Positions 7,782-16,671 of a stretch of DNA of 17,656 nucleotides are shown piece by piece. Source of the DNA: Promethearchaeota archaeon (GTDB lineage Archaea > Asgardarchaeota > Lokiarchaeia > Sigyniarchaeales > SOKP01); NCBI GenBank assembly GCA_016926735.1, contig JAFGOA010000216.1:1-17656 (forward strand), read 5' to 3'. The notes under the pieces were generated by a model, which worked only from the letters and a program-made list of their open reading frames with translations, had not been told where the DNA came from and did no database searches. Numbering within the stretch: position 1 is the first letter of the stretch; each line of letters opens with the position of its first letter. The position numbers and the translations under genes were made by a program.

Positions 7782-7806
7782 TGATTTATATTGATTTATA
7801 ACTTCT
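7782..7806 (-). promoter_or_regulatory. Putative BRE/TATA promoter of the tRNA array
   Basis: Minus strand reads GAAGT-TATAAATCA-A-TATAAATCA (two TATA-like boxes 10 bp apart), 40-60 nt upstream of tRNA-Leu(TAG). Confidence 0.45.
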
Positions 7807-8358
7807 TTATCTTAGAATTAATTGTGATAAGAAATTATTCTCAAGAGAAAAATCTTCAAAAAAAGGATTTTAAATCGATCTCAGATTATAATAAGAGCAA
7901 TGAACTGAGTGACAAACTCAAGAACAGACTATTATTTATATTTAAGATCATGATAAATATAAAATATGATTTATTCATATTTAAGCATTATGACCGTGGG
8001 AATAAATTCCCTCAATGATTCTTTAATTCGGAATAATTTTTGTATAAATATAATATGATGTATTAATATCTAAGAATTAATTTTAATAAAGAGCAATATT
8101 AATAAATATGTAGATAATTTGGCTAATTAAATAAATATTAGATCATATAACATAAGAATTTCTATAAGACTCTTTTATAACAAAAAATTCTATTTGTTTA
8201 AAACTTCATGAATTATAATAATTTATAAATATAATTTTAAAATGCAAATTAGCACAAAAATCTACTTCAATGACCTCTGTTTTATATTAATTGAATAATA
8301 AATTTTAATTGTTACTTTTAATTATAAAGAAAATATTCCATTCTCTTTTTATTTAAAT

Positions 8359-8491
8359 GGGAGGGTGGTCTAGCTTGGTATGATACATAATTTGTCATTA
8401 AGCCAAATTAGCCAAATCGGCTGGGGAAAATAAAACAACTGTTTTTTTTACAGAAGCCGAGTGGTCGCGGGTTCGAATCCCGTCTCTCCCA
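8359..8491 (+). tRNA. tRNA-Pro(GGG) with two introns (27/28: 8387-8416; 37/38: 8427-8455)
   Basis: Acceptor GGGAGGG/CTCTCCC, A73; T-arm GCGGG-TTCGAAT-CCCGT. Removing 30-nt and 29-nt inserts gives CTCGG-CT-GGG-GG-CCGAG. Both inserts fold into relaxed BHB-type motifs. TATA-like TTATAAA at ~8322. Confidence 0.88.
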
Positions 8492-8778
8492 TTATAAAAA
8501 ACATCATATTTTTAATATAATCAGAAATTCAACTATACTTTTTTTTTATAATTATTAATCATTCATTTAAATGCCATTAAACATAAATTATATTCAAAAT
8601 AATTCTAAAATTACTATTTTTTTAGTATAATTTAATGAAAAAAATTATAGAAATCCCTTTTTTTTATTATTTCAAGTCATAAGAGGCTATAATAAAGTAC
8701 AAAATGACAAAAATACATTCAATGTTTCTCCATATTATTTTAAATATGACCTTTTCATTTTATTTTATAATGATAAAA

Positions 8779-8849
8779 TTGGAAATACAGAGATATTTCC
8801 AAATTACATTGAAAAAGGAAATGATATCAGAAATCTGGAAGATTTCTGA
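8779..8849. promoter_or_regulatory. Two inverted repeats upstream of the small GTPase
   Basis: TTGGAAATA-N6-TATTTCCAA (8779-8802) and TCAGAAATCT-GGA-AGATTTCTGA (8827-8849). Confidence 0.5.
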
Positions 8850-8951
8850 ATGAAAATTGTCCAGTAAGTTATAGGATTAATTAAAAACCAAAAAATAGCA
8901 AAAAAAAAAATATCACTTCCTTTTTTTTTTTACACCTAATGAGGTTACCAA

Positions 8952-9509
8952 ATGCTTACTTTACAAAGTGAAATTGTGTTTAAGATTTGTATATTTGGTG
9001 ATAATGGAGCAGGGAAGACTTCGTTTATAAATAGATATTTAACCAGTAATTTTCATTCTTTTTATTCAAAATTAGAGGGAGTTGATTTTTACTCTAAAAA
9101 AGTGAAGATTGACTCACAAAAAGTAGCTTTACAGATTTGGGATTTTTCAGCAGAAGATAGATATAGATTTCTTCTACCAAGTTTCGTTAGTGGTTGCCAT
9201 GCTGCAATATTTATGTTTGATATGACGGATTTTAAATCTTTAAGACATTCTGAGGAATGGCTTAATATGTTCAGAAAAGGTTATAATCAAAAAATAGAAG
9301 GAACCAGCCTCCCAATAATATTAGTAGGAGGAAAATCTGACTTAAGACATAAAAGAGTAATTTCTAGAATGCAAGCTGAGAAGATAGTATCAACTCAAAA
9401 TTTATATCTATACCTTGAATGTTCTGCTAAAACAGGTGAAAATGTGGATTTAATTTTTGAAAACATTACAGATTTAATCAGAGAAAGAACAGGAAATTTA
9501 GTTTATTAG
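8952..9509 (+). CDS. Rab/Ras-superfamily small GTPase (atypical switch motifs)
   Basis: G1 GDNGAGKTS, GVDF, LQIWD, G4 GKSD, G5 CSAK; SD GAGGT upstream; no C-terminal prenylation motif. Confidence 0.92.
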   Translation: MLTLQSEIVFKICIFGDNGAGKTSFINRYLTSNFHSFYSKLEGVDFYSKKVKIDSQKVALQIWDFSAEDRYRFLLPSFVSGCHAAIFMFDMTDFKSLRHSEEWLNMFRKGYNQKIEGTSLPIILVGGKSDLRHKRVISRMQAEKIVSTQNLYLYLECSAKTGENVDLIFENITDLIRERTGNLVY

Positions 9510-9745
9510 AATTTGAACAAGATAAAAAAATATACAAAATAAGGTATTAATTTCATTAATCTAATTTTACATAAGTTAAAATCATTCAAATAAGCTACAA
9601 ATTTATATATTTTTAATAGAAAAATAATGCACTATTTCTCCATAGTCATTTATATATCACTTACTATATCTTATAATTAATAGTGGATTTTTGAACCAAT
9701 CGTTAAATTGCGTTAATATATAATTCTATATTAAATATAAGGAAA

Positions 9746-12700
9746 ATGTTAAGAAAAAAAAAAAAAGGAAAATATGGTATTGTTCTCTTCACCTTAATTC
9801 TTCTCCTATTTAGTATTGGTATCTCACAACCACTATTTTCTCCTCCTTCTTCAATAAATTCTGATAATTCAGATTCAACTTCAGACAATTTAAATATAAT
9901 TCATACTTCAGATTTTGCACCTCCTCAAGAATCACAAGATAATTACGCAGCAGCACTTCAAAAAGCAATATATTTTTATCAGGAACAACGTTCCGGAGAT
10001 CTTCCTGAAAATAATACTGTTATTTGGAGAGGTGACTCCTTTCTTAATGATGGTGAAGTTGTAGGATTAGATCTCACAGGGGGGTATTATAATGATGGGG
10101 GATATCTTAAATTAGGACTTCCATTAGCATCTGCAATTACTACCTTAGCTTGGAGTGTTTATGAATATCAGACAGTTTTTGAAAATATAGGTCAACTTGA
10201 TGAAATATTAGATGCTATTAAATGGGGAACAGATTATTTATTAAAATGTCACCCTTCTCCAAATGAATTTTATTTTCATATTGGAGATATAAGTACGATG
10301 TATGATTGGAGAGGTCCTGTTGAGACTGCTTATATGTTTGTTAATAGACCATCATATAAAGTAGATGAAACACATGGTGGTTCTGCTGTTGTAGCTGCGT
10401 CTTCAGCAGCTTTAGCATTATCTTCAATAATTTTTAATGAAACTAATCCAGATTATGCTATAAATTTAACAATCCATGCAGAACAACTCGATAATTTAGC
10501 ATGGAAAATGGAGTCAGATGATTATTATAATACAGTATATAATTCATTTACTCGATATCAATCTCATAATGGTTTTTATGACGAATTATCAGCTTCAGGA
10601 ATATTATTATATTTAAGAACGGGTAATATTACTTATTTAGAAAAAGCAGAAAATGCAGCATGGTCTTGGCCAAAAGAAGGACCTTATTTCCAATATATGC
10701 AAACTCATTCATGGGATGATATGCATTATATGGCTCAGATCTTTCTTTCACGAGAAACTACTAATCGCTCTTATGTTGAATCAATAGAAAGGAATTTAGA
10801 TTACTGGTCTCCTGCATATGGAACAGAAAATATTACATATACAAATGGAGGTTTAGCATACTTAAATCCAACATGGGCAGGAGAAGGCGCACTTAGATTT
10901 TCAGCTAATGCGGCATTTCTTGCATCAGTTTGGTCTGATGATGTGAATTGTACTCCAACAAATTCTTCAATCTATAGAAAATTTGCTGAATCTCAAATAA
11001 ATTATACACTTGGAGATAATCCATATGGTAGAAGTTATTTAATTGGTTTTGGAAATAGTTCTTGGCAAAATATAAATCACAGAACTGCTCATGGTTCTTG
11101 GTCTGGAAGTATCTCTGATCCAATTGATAATCGACATATTCTATATGGTGCCCTTGTAAGTGGTCCTCGCGGTGGTGATTTTTGGAATGATGATAGAGCA
11201 ATTCCTGAAGAAACAGGCGTTGCAATTGATTATAATGCAGGAATAATTGGCGCATTGGCGAAAATGACAGATTTATATGGTGGTACTCCTTATATAGATT
11301 TTCCAAATGCCTCTTGGTTCAGACCTAAAAATGAGACGGGTCTTGAGTATTACGGTAATTCAGAACTTACCATAAATGGTACAATTTCTACAAGAATAAC
11401 TGTTGATCTTACAAATCACGGTACTTGGCCAGCAAAAGTTACCGATATGCTTTCCTATAGATATTATCTTAATCTAACTGAAGTTTTTGAGGCAGGTTAT
11501 ACTATCGATAATATAACAATTGATATCGATACAGAAGGAGGCATTGAAGCAATAGTTTCAAACTTAATTAATCTTACTAACAATATATATTATGTTGTCG
11601 TTGATTATAGCGGAATTGCCATATATCCAGGTCGTGATGATACAACAGCAAAAGAAACGACTATTACTTTTTCATTACCTATTAGTGCTCCTGATACTGC
11701 ATGGGATCCTACAAATGATTGGTCCTTCCAAGGATTAAATAGTTCAAGACACCCTTCTGAATATATTCCTATTTATGATAATAATGTCCTTATATATGGT
11801 AAGTGTCCTGTTAATGATACAACTCCACCAATAGCCACAATAACAGGTTTGAATACAACAGTTATAGATTCCTCACAAATTAGATTAGATTGGGATTTTA
11901 ATCCAGATCCAGATATCTATGGATATAATATTTATAGAGAAATTTACTCTGGTTTTGACCCAAACGGTTTGAATAGAGTAGGACAAACAATCACTAATCA
12001 CTATCTTGATACGATGTTATATGAAAATACCACATATTATTATATCGTAATCCCTATTGATAGTAGTCTTAATTTAGGTACTCCTTCAAATGAAGTTAAT
12101 GCAACTACAGATGAAGATTTGTATTCTCCAGCAGCTCCAACAAATGTATCAACTAATAGGATGAATTCCACAGCAGTATTTATTGATTGGAATGATAATA
12201 TAGAACCAGATCTGACAAAATATTTTATTTATAGAAGCACAAACGACACTTTCATAGCAGATGGATCAAGCTTCTTAGCAGAGTCATTTATAAGCGAATA
12301 TTTAGATATCAATAGTTCTATTGAATCCTCATACTATTATATTATTGTTGCTGTTGACATTAATGATAACCTGAGTAATTCATCTTTAATAGCTGATGCA
12401 ATAACTCCATTAATAGTAACAGGTTTAAATATTACTTTTTTTGATTCATCACAGATTCGATTAAATTGGACTGCGAATACTTATACTAATCTTTATTCAT
12501 ATTATATTTATAGAAATACTTATTCAGGATTTGAAGCTAATAATAGTTATAGAATTGGAGAATCTTTTATAAATGGATTTAATGATACTTTATTATTTGA
12601 AAATACAACCTATTATTATATTGTAAGGGCTGTTGATAATAGTCTCAATATTGGCCCATCATCAAATGAAGTCAATGCTACAACAGCTATTGATTCATCG

Positions 12701-13414
12701 GCCCCGGCATCCCCTACAAATGTCTCAACACCTATAGTAAATTCTACAGAAATATTCCTTGATTGGGATGATAATATAGAAATTGATGTAGTTGGATATT
12801 TAATATATAGAAGTATTCACCAGAATTTTACTCCAAATTCATCAACATTTTTAGCTCAAACGATAGTTAGTGAATATCTAGATACTAATATTTCTGCAGG
12901 AATAACATACTATTATAAAATCGTTGCTGTTGATATAAATGGATATCAAAGTGGTCCTTCATATGAAATAAGTGCTACTGTACCATCTATAGTAAACCCT
13001 CGAAATGAATTGATGATAGTAGTTATAGTTATCTTAGGTATTATCATGACGTTATTAGGTTCTGTATATGTTTTAGCCAGGCAAAAACCTAAAAGACCTA
13101 TGTCTCAAATGGTTTTACATGAACAACCAAAAGAGCATAAAGTTTTTATAAAAAGTGAAGTAGATGTTTTAGATAATAGTAGACTTATACATATTTTTGA
13201 AGAAGAAGAGCTCTTGCAAAGAATTGATCATTTTAAAGATATAACGATAACAATCCTTGAAGAAGATTTTCTTGAAAATATTGAAAAACTAGATTGGGAC
13301 GATGACTTAGAGAAAAAAACATTCATAAAAGAAATGCTTGTATTAACACCAGATGAAAGACAGAAAATCATTAAAGAAATGCTTAATGATTATTATAACC
13401 AATCGAAAAAATAA
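9746..13414 (+). CDS. Single-pass surface protein: signal peptide, GH9-like domain (catalytic residues substituted), CBM3-like, 4x FN3, TM helix, cytoplasmic tail
   Basis: GH9 motifs QRSGDLP, WRGDS, DLTGGYY, KWGTDYLLK, YDEL, WDD, GDNP.GRSY.IG.G, HRTAHGSW, LYGALV.GP, A.DYNAG; CBM3c-like N..TWPA...LSYRYY.NLTE...WDPTNDWSFQGL; FN3 repeats; TM LMIVVIVILGIIMTLLGSVYVLA followed by RQKPKR; many N-X-S/T sequons. Confidence 0.9.
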   Translation: MLRKKKKGKYGIVLFTLILLLFSIGISQPLFSPPSSINSDNSDSTSDNLNIIHTSDFAPPQESQDNYAAALQKAIYFYQEQRSGDLPENNTVIWRGDSFLNDGEVVGLDLTGGYYNDGGYLKLGLPLASAITTLAWSVYEYQTVFENIGQLDEILDAIKWGTDYLLKCHPSPNEFYFHIGDISTMYDWRGPVETAYMFVNRPSYKVDETHGGSAVVAASSAALALSSIIFNETNPDYAINLTIHAEQLDNLAWKMESDDYYNTVYNSFTRYQSHNGFYDELSASGILLYLRTGNITYLEKAENAAWSWPKEGPYFQYMQTHSWDDMHYMAQIFLSRETTNRSYVESIERNLDYWSPAYGTENITYTNGGLAYLNPTWAGEGALRFSANAAFLASVWSDDVNCTPTNSSIYRKFAESQINYTLGDNPYGRSYLIGFGNSSWQNINHRTAHGSWSGSISDPIDNRHILYGALVSGPRGGDFWNDDRAIPEETGVAIDYNAGIIGALAKMTDLYGGTPYIDFPNASWFRPKNETGLEYYGNSELTINGTISTRITVDLTNHGTWPAKVTDMLSYRYYLNLTEVFEAGYTIDNITIDIDTEGGIEAIVSNLINLTNNIYYVVVDYSGIAIYPGRDDTTAKETTITFSLPISAPDTAWDPTNDWSFQGLNSSRHPSEYIPIYDNNVLIYGKCPVNDTTPPIATITGLNTTVIDSSQIRLDWDFNPDPDIYGYNIYREIYSGFDPNGLNRVGQTITNHYLDTMLYENTTYYYIVIPIDSSLNLGTPSNEVNATTDEDLYSPAAPTNVSTNRMNSTAVFIDWNDNIEPDLTKYFIYRSTNDTFIADGSSFLAESFISEYLDINSSIESSYYYIIVAVDINDNLSNSSLIADAITPLIVTGLNITFFDSSQIRLNWTANTYTNLYSYYIYRNTYSGFEANNSYRIGESFINGFNDTLLFENTTYYYIVRAVDNSLNIGPSSNEVNATTAIDSSAPASPTNVSTPIVNSTEIFLDWDDNIEIDVVGYLIYRSIHQNFTPNSSTFLAQTIVSEYLDTNISAGITYYYKIVAVDINGYQSGPSYEISATVPSIVNPRNELMIVVIVILGIIMTLLGSVYVLARQKPKRPMSQMVLHEQPKEHKVFIKSEVDVLDNSRLIHIFEEEELLQRIDHFKDITITILEEDFLENIEKLDWDDDLEKKTFIKEMLVLTPDERQKIIKEMLNDYYNQSKK
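11843..12985 (+). repeat. Tandem 576-bp duplication encoding FN3 domains in A-B-A-B order
   Basis: TGLN...DSSQIRL.W...ENTTYYYIV...SNEVNATT...PA.PTNVST...DW.DNIE recurs with a 576-nt period (11843/12419; 12089/12665). Confidence 0.85.
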
Positions 13415-13443
13415 TAAACTATTAATTTTATTCAAAAAGGGAA

Positions 13444-13905
13444 ATGATAATAATGTCTTCTAGATTAGTCCGTCAGGAAAAATTAGTTTATGAAGAAATA
13501 AAACATTATCTTAACGAAAATAGAGTTTTTGAATTAAATAAAGCATTATCTTATATTAAAAATCAATTCAATAAAAACAACCTTAAATTTGATCTAAATC
13601 AAATTAAAAATATTTTTTTATCATTTTTAAAAAGAAAAATAATAGTAGAAGGTTCTTATTTAGTTAGAGAAGATATTTTATCAATAAAAAAAAGACGATT
13701 TATTTTCAAATATATTATTCAAAATCCAGGAGTTTCCTTTTTTGATATCAAACAAGAATTAAATTATAATTCTCACATATTAAAATGGCATCTAAGCATT
13801 CTTTTAATATTTGATTATATTTATAAAATTCAAATTGAAAATCGTGATACTTATTTTGATTCAAATTATCTTCAAGAAGATTCCAACATTCCAGATAATG
13901 TTTAA
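13444..13905 (+). CDS. Winged-helix transcriptional regulator
   Basis: RRFIFKYIIQNPG.SF.DIK.EL....HIL.WHL.IL.....I wHTH pattern after an N-terminal helical domain; starts 29 nt after the GH9-like gene. Confidence 0.75.
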   Translation: MIIMSSRLVRQEKLVYEEIKHYLNENRVFELNKALSYIKNQFNKNNLKFDLNQIKNIFLSFLKRKIIVEGSYLVREDILSIKKRRFIFKYIIQNPGVSFFDIKQELNYNSHILKWHLSILLIFDYIYKIQIENRDTYFDSNYLQEDSNIPDNV

Positions 13906-14030
13906 AAAATTAATAAAATAGCTTGTTTATGAAAAAAATTTCATAATTATTCCAAATCTCTTTATAAAGTACTTTTTGTTATTTTATATTAAATAATAAG
14001 AATATATTTTTTTAAATAAAAAAGAGGAAA

Positions 14031-14216
14031 TTGAATATGGTTGATATGAATAATAATTTTCTAAATAATCTAAAACTTCAAGCAACACAAAGAAAAGAAC
14101 AAGGAAAAAAAAGGAAAGTAGTTAAAGAATTAACTCAACCTCTTGAAATTAAGAAAAATTATCAAGAAATTTATAGTAATATTCTCAAAGAATTTACAGA
14201 ATTAATGGGAAAATAA
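14031..14216 (+). CDS. Small basic helical hypothetical protein
   Basis: 61-aa ORF with GAGGA upstream; it fills the intergenic space and its stop abuts the convergent flavodoxin stop. Confidence 0.45.
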   Translation: MNMVDMNNNFLNNLKLQATQRKEQGKKRKVVKELTQPLEIKKNYQEIYSNILKEFTELMGK

Positions 14217-14690
14217 TTATTTTTCTAATTGACTAATATAATCTGTGATTTTATCGTCATAAGATTTTTCCTTTAGTTCTTTTCTCCCTATTTCTAATGT
14301 GGCGATGGGCGTCTTTCCGCTAACTTCTTGCATAATTTGAAAAAGCGTAGAACCACCATTCCATCCTCCTTGAGTACAAAAAAAAGCAACTTTATCCAAT
14401 TTATCTTTAAATTCCATTAGGAATGTTTTTATAGCGGGGGGCATTTTTCCACCCCAAATTGGCGTACCAATAATTATTAATTCATAATCTTTGGGATTTT
14501 TCATAAATTTATTTAACTCAGTTAATTCTCCTTTTCTTGCAGCATTTCCGCCCCTTAAAAACCCTATAATGCCTGATCTCCCTTTAAGATCAATTATTTC
14601 CTCAATATCACAGCTAAGTTTTTTTGAAATAATTTCAGCAATATGTTTAGTTCTACCAGTTCTTGAGTAATAAAGAATTAATTTTTTCAT
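14217..14690 (-). CDS. Flavodoxin-like protein
   Basis: FMN phosphate loop YYSRTGRTK.IA, GTPIWGG.MPP and AFFCTQGG motifs. Confidence 0.9.
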   Translation of the reverse strand: MKKLILYYSRTGRTKHIAEIISKKLSCDIEEIIDLKGRSGIIGFLRGGNAARKGELTELNKFMKNPKDYELIIIGTPIWGGKMPPAIKTFLMEFKDKLDKVAFFCTQGGWNGGSTLFQIMQEVSGKTPIATLEIGRKELKEKSYDDKITDYISQLEK

Positions 14691-14983
14691 AATTGTAATA
14701 CCTTCTCGATATAAAAATTTCTCTTTTAAATGAAAGAAGCATCGGATATAATTAAATTTATCAAAAAATCTCGTGATTTGTTAAAAAAGTATTAAATAAA
14801 CATGTTTTTAGATTTATGATCTTTATTGTATTAAAGAATGTTAAAAATATAAAAACCAATAATTTATGTTAATCAAAAAAATATATTTAATTAATTATAA
14901 ATCTAAAGTATTTTATTGATTTTTTAAAATTGTACAGAATGAATAGTTGAGGTGTCTTAAAAATTAAAGAATATTATCCCCAA

Positions 14984-15769
14984 TTGAGTATATTAATTGC
15001 GCTATTGGGAATATTAGCATCAATAATGATGATAATTGTCTATAGGAAACAAAGAGAATTAAAACTTTTATTATTATCATATCTGAATACGACAATAGGG
15101 GTTGTTATCAGCGCTTTAAATGATATTTTTACTCCAGGAGCGATTGGTCATGAAATAAGTAGAATATTTTATATTCTTGGTTCGTTAATACTCTTCATTT
15201 CAGTTTTTAAAGAATATTCACAAACATTCCGTAAAAGGAAAGATAATTTTTTAAATAATAATCTTGAATTATCTGTGGTTGTAATTATAACACCAAGTTT
15301 AATCATTACAATCTCTTTAGAAATACTTATAATTACTTTTTGTTTGATCTCAGCTATGATGTCTTTTAGGATAGCAAAGAAAAAAAGAAAATATGCTAAT
15401 GCATTTTTAGGTATGTGTTTATGTACTGTTTTATCAGCTTTGTCATTAACAATTGTCGAAAGTTTAGGATTTGAGGAAATGAGATTATTTGCTTTAGGTA
15501 TGGATATCATCTTTTTTACAATGCTTTTTATAACGGCTATTGTTATCTTTTTAGAACAAAAATTAATCACAACAGAAGCAGATAAAACAATTATGAAAGA
15601 TAAATATTCTCATGATTTAGGTAATATTCTACACACAATTTCTCTTTCATATGAATTAATTAAAAATGATGATAAGACTAATATAACTCTACCTAAAGAA
15701 TTGGATGAATTAATACAAAAAAAAATTGAAGAAGCATCTAATGTTGTACGATTTATAAGATCTTTATGA
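14984..15769 (+). CDS. Multi-pass membrane protein with C-terminal HisKA (DHp)-like domain and no ATPase domain
   Basis: About six hydrophobic segments, then H-box-like YSHDLGNIL; the ORF stops ~50 aa later. The start may be slightly upstream (GAGGTG at 14949, in-frame ATT at 14963). Confidence 0.7.
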   Translation: MSILIALLGILASIMMIIVYRKQRELKLLLLSYLNTTIGVVISALNDIFTPGAIGHEISRIFYILGSLILFISVFKEYSQTFRKRKDNFLNNNLELSVVVIITPSLIITISLEILIITFCLISAMMSFRIAKKKRKYANAFLGMCLCTVLSALSLTIVESLGFEEMRLFALGMDIIFFTMLFITAIVIFLEQKLITTEADKTIMKDKYSHDLGNILHTISLSYELIKNDDKTNITLPKELDELIQKKIEEASNVVRFIRSL

Positions 15770-15820
15770 CCTATTTGAAAAAGAAGATATTCTCAAAATA
15801 GAGTAATTCTAATTATTAAC

Positions 15821-16405
15821 CTATATATGCTCTCCTTGTTTTAAATTAGAGATACCTACAGTAGACAAATCCTCATCATTTTTTAATAATTGTTTGTCTA
15901 TTAGTCCCTTTTCAATATATTTATCAAGAATATTAATTATAGATTTTTTATTTATATTTTTATTAAGTGCCTGTCCAAAAACAGCACTCTTTTCTATTAA
16001 TAAAGCTAAACTAATTTCCTTTTCTTTTGAAATTATTTTTAATAAGATTTTATCAATTATATCTGGAATATCTTCTTTTAACATATCTTTATATTCTATA
16101 TTACTGAGATATATTAAGCTTTGATCTTGAATGCATTGCTTGATATCGTTAGGTGCTGAGGAATTAAATTGTGAGTTCTCAAGAAAATTATTGTCGTTAT
16201 TTATTTTCAATGAATTATGAACGATTTGAGTACCTCTCACTTTACCATCAGAATCAATATGGACAAGTATTGTTTCTCCACAGTGTTCTGAAACAAAAGG
16301 ATTTAAATGTTTATTAGAATTTGAAATTATATCCAGATCTATATCGATTTGCATAGTTTTTTTACATACTGGACATTGAGAAAATATTGTTTTGATATTA
16401 ACCAT
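15821..16405 (-). CDS. Hypothetical protein with N-terminal zinc-binding-like domain and C-terminal winged-helix-like domain
   Basis: CPVC...EHC...VHID..GKVRG at the N-terminus; IDKILLKII....EISL...IINILDKY.EKGLI at the C-terminus. Confidence 0.65.
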   Translation of the reverse strand: MVNIKTIFSQCPVCKKTMQIDIDLDIISNSNKHLNPFVSEHCGETILVHIDSDGKVRGTQIVHNSLKINNDNNFLENSQFNSSAPNDIKQCIQDQSLIYLSNIEYKDMLKEDIPDIIDKILLKIISKEKEISLALLIEKSAVFGQALNKNINKKSIINILDKYIEKGLIDKQLLKNDEDLSTVGISNLKQGEHI

Positions 16406-16671
16406 TTTTACCCCATGTTATTCTTTAAGATTCTTTGATATCTAATGATAAAAATCTTTAAAATTTAACTATAGACTCAAATTTAACAAGAGTTAATAGA
16501 AAAATTATACCCTTAACTATGTAACTATGATAACAATACTTATTTTTTAATTTTTTGAAAATATACTTTGTATCAATCTTAACTTTAAAATAATACAACA
16601 TAGTGTTCTTTCTTTTCTTATTTGAATCGCTTAATACAGATCAAACGAAAAATAAAAGAGATTAATCAATC

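Noticed and set aside
7791-8018. 75-aa ORF between the tRNA loci
   Set aside because: TTG start overlaps the putative tRNA promoter; no SD site or motif; likely spurious.
8460-8491. Integrated element using a tRNA as attachment site
   Set aside because: No integrase or transposase and no duplicated tRNA 3' end seen elsewhere in the window.
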